NCBI GenBank assembly: GCA_018815555.1
Contig: JAHIWF010000158.1
Coordinates: forward strand, 1-45,677
Direction of reading: 5' to 3'
Length of the DNA: 45,677 bases
DNA from: Spirochaetota bacterium
GTDB taxonomy: Bacteria > Spirochaetota > Spirochaetia > Treponematales > UBA12059
In this document: positions 43,453 to 45,677 of the stretch, piece by piece
How positions within the stretch are numbered: the first letter of the stretch is position 1
Layout of the letters: every line of letters begins with the position of its first letter
Translations under genes and position numbers: made by a program
The notes under the pieces: generated by a model
The model's database searches: none
The model's input: only the letters and a program-made list of their open reading frames with translations
What the model was told of the DNA's origin: nothing

Positions 43453-45531
43453 ATGTACGACTTTCCCGAAACCCGAAAAGACCAGACAGTGGATGTGTAC
43501 CACGGCAAGAGCATTGCCGACCCGTATCGCTGGCTGGAAGACGATAACTCCGCCGAGACCAAAGCCTGGGTAAGCGCGCAAAATTGTGTGACAGAAGAGT
43601 ATCTGGCCATGGTACCGGAGCGCGGCAGATGGCGTAAGCGCCTGGCCGAACTGTGGAATTTCGAAAAATTCGGTCTGCCCCAAAAGCACGGTCCGTACTA
43701 CTTTTCTTTTTACAACAGCGGCCTGTGGAATCAACCGGCTCTGTATATCTCTCCATCCTATGCCGACCGCGGTCGGCTTTTGCTGGATCCGAACAATCTG
43801 AGCAGCGACGGCACTGTCTCGCTGAGCGCAATCGCACCGTCGCCGGACGGAAAGCTGCTGGCCTATGCACAGGCCGAAGCCGGATCCGACTGGGTGGTGT
43901 GGAAAATTCTGGATACGGCCAGCGGCAAGCAGCTTCCGGACCAGATACGCTGGTGCAAAAACGGCTCGGTAGCCTGGCTGGGTGATGGTAGCGGCTTCTT
44001 TTACTCGCGCTTTGCCGAACCGGCAGCGGATGCCGAACTGACTGCTTTGAACAAGGGGCAATCAGTATGGCTGCACCGCATGGGCAGCAACCAGGCCGCC
44101 GATACTCTGGTATACGAACGGCCGGATCAGAGCGAATGGTATCTGTATCCGACTACCTCCGACGACCACAAATGGCTCATCATTTATGCCTCACCCGGCT
44201 GCAATCCGGAAACCGGAATATTCATCAAGGACCTACGCATAGACGACTCACCGGTAGAACCCTTTCTGGCGGATTTTGATGCCGCCTGGCAGGTAATTGA
44301 TTCCACAGAAGAACGCTGGATCCTGCTTACCAACCAGGCCGCCGGACGGCAGCGGCTGCTTTCCATCACGCCGGGAAACAGCGACCGCAGCCAGTGGCAG
44401 GAGCTGGTGGCCGAAGATCCGGAAGGCCGTGTTCTGGATGCAGCGCATTGCTGCGGCCAAAGCATACTGGCCCTGTACATGACCGATGCCCGGGCCGAAC
44501 TGCGGGTTTTTGACCGCAGCGGCGCAAACATGCGCAAGGTAGAATTGCCCGGCATAGGCACCATCAGCGAGAGCTGTGGTCAGCGCGAAAGCAACGAAGC
44601 CTTTATCCTGTTCAGTAGTTTCGCCCGGCCATCCAGCCTATACCGCTTTGACGGCAGCAGCTCTGCGCTGAGCCTGGCAAGTGCTCCGAGCCTGGCCTTC
44701 AAGCCGGATGATTTTGTTACCTCGCAAGTATTTTATCCCTCAAAAGACGGCACCCGCATTCCGCTGTTCATCGCCCACCGGCGCGGATTGCAGATACATA
44801 AGGATACACCGGCTCTGCTCTACGGCTATGGGGGCTTTAACATTCCGGTGCGGCCGCGCTTCGAACCGACCGAAATGGCTTGGATGGACCAGGGCGGCCT
44901 GGTGGCATTGGCCTGCCTGCGCGGCGGCGGCGAATATGGGCTGGACTGGTACAATGCCGGCCGCTTGGCCAACAAGCAGAATGTTTTTGACGATTTTATC
45001 GCCGCAGCCGAATGGCTGATCGCCGAAGGCTATACCAGCCGGAGCAAGCTGGCCATAAACGGACGGTCCAACGGCGGACTGTTGGTAGGTGCCTGTCTGA
45101 CCCAGCGCCCCGACCTGTTCGGCGCGGCCGTACCGGAAGTAGGCGTCATGGATATGCTCCGCTATCATAAATTCACACTTGGCTGGGGCTGGACCAGCGA
45201 CTACGGCTGCAGCGACACGCCGGAAGGTTATACTATTGTGATTCAGTATTCTCCACTGCACAATATCAAAACCGACCGGCACTATCCGCCAACCATGGTA
45301 ATGACCTGCGACCACGACGACAGGGTAATTCCTGCACACAGCCACAAATTTACCGCCACCCTGCAAGCCGCCCAGAAGGCAGCAGGCGGTTCAGCTCCCA
45401 TCCTTACACGCATAACCACTTCGGCAGGACATGGGGCCGGCATGCCCACTGAAAAACGCATCGAAGAGCGGGCCGATCTGCTCAGCTTCCTGACTGCGGC
45501 GCTGAACTTGAAGCTGGCGGAGCAACCATGA
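43453..45531 (+). CDS. prolyl oligopeptidase (S9A)
   Basis: DPYRWLED, YGYGGF, RGGGEYG; triad GRSNGG, DHDDRV, GHGAG; ATG 43453 after AAGGAG. Confidence 0.93.
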   Translation: MYDFPETRKDQTVDVYHGKSIADPYRWLEDDNSAETKAWVSAQNCVTEEYLAMVPERGRWRKRLAELWNFEKFGLPQKHGPYYFSFYNSGLWNQPALYISPSYADRGRLLLDPNNLSSDGTVSLSAIAPSPDGKLLAYAQAEAGSDWVVWKILDTASGKQLPDQIRWCKNGSVAWLGDGSGFFYSRFAEPAADAELTALNKGQSVWLHRMGSNQAADTLVYERPDQSEWYLYPTTSDDHKWLIIYASPGCNPETGIFIKDLRIDDSPVEPFLADFDAAWQVIDSTEERWILLTNQAAGRQRLLSITPGNSDRSQWQELVAEDPEGRVLDAAHCCGQSILALYMTDARAELRVFDRSGANMRKVELPGIGTISESCGQRESNEAFILFSSFARPSSLYRFDGSSSALSLASAPSLAFKPDDFVTSQVFYPSKDGTRIPLFIAHRRGLQIHKDTPALLYGYGGFNIPVRPRFEPTEMAWMDQGGLVALACLRGGGEYGLDWYNAGRLANKQNVFDDFIAAAEWLIAEGYTSRSKLAINGRSNGGLLVGACLTQRPDLFGAAVPEVGVMDMLRYHKFTLGWGWTSDYGCSDTPEGYTIVIQYSPLHNIKTDRHYPPTMVMTCDHDDRVIPAHSHKFTATLQAAQKAAGGSAPILTRITTSAGHGAGMPTEKRIEERADLLSFLTAALNLKLAEQP

Positions 45532-45677
45532 CAACGGCAGAATTACTGGCGCTTTACGACCGCTACGAACGGAGAGGCGCGGCCTATCCGGATTACGAGC
45601 GCAATGAAAGCGCCCGCACAATCCGCATGACCAGCCTGGATGGCGGTCATAATTTTGTCATCTGGTCCGCGCTCAAC
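45528..45677 (+). CDS. 5' part of a downstream gene, possibly GNAT family (not in the ORF track)
   Basis: ATGA overlap with the peptidase stop; MTTAELLALYDRYERRGAAYPDYERNESARTIRMTSLDGGHNFVIWSALN open to the edge; family is a weak recollection. Confidence 0.6.
   Translation, partial: MTTAELLALYDRYERRGAAYPDYERNESARTIRMTSLDGGHNFVIWSALN

Overview
Gene-dense bacterial chromosomal segment of about 40 CDS, with no rRNA, tRNA, CRISPR array, transposase or phage gene recognisable. The gene content (CsgG/PEGA protein, HEAT protein, LacI-type-sensor kinase, many cyclases) suggests an anaerobe, plausibly a free-living spirochaete; this is inference only. Metabolic and housekeeping genes: two MFS permeases, an isolated lysine-fermentation kdd, hrpB, fabF plus a FabX/UfaA-like flavoprotein, potABCD, a PlsC-type acyltransferase, two membrane 4Fe-4S proteins, an SLC12-like permease with adenosine deaminase, msrA, nudC, a GtrA protein, GNATs and a prolyl oligopeptidase. 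Signalling is very dense: 4 histidine kinases, 3 GGDEF proteins and 2 class III nucleotide cyclases. The best candidates for undescribed systems are (1) an operon of corrinoid protein, Zn-site-degenerate MtaA/UroD-fold protein, DUF1638 and a cytoplasmic histidine kinase, possibly a B12-based sensor, and (2) a GGDEF-ribbon-helix-helix fusion behind two perfect palindromes, one centred on its -35 box. Also noted: an XRE-HTH/cyclase fusion lacking the catalytic Arg, repeated leaderless promoter architecture, twin 31-bp terminators bracketing fabF-fabX, and a possible anti-SD pseudoknot. All family calls come from motif recognition by eye; no database search was run.
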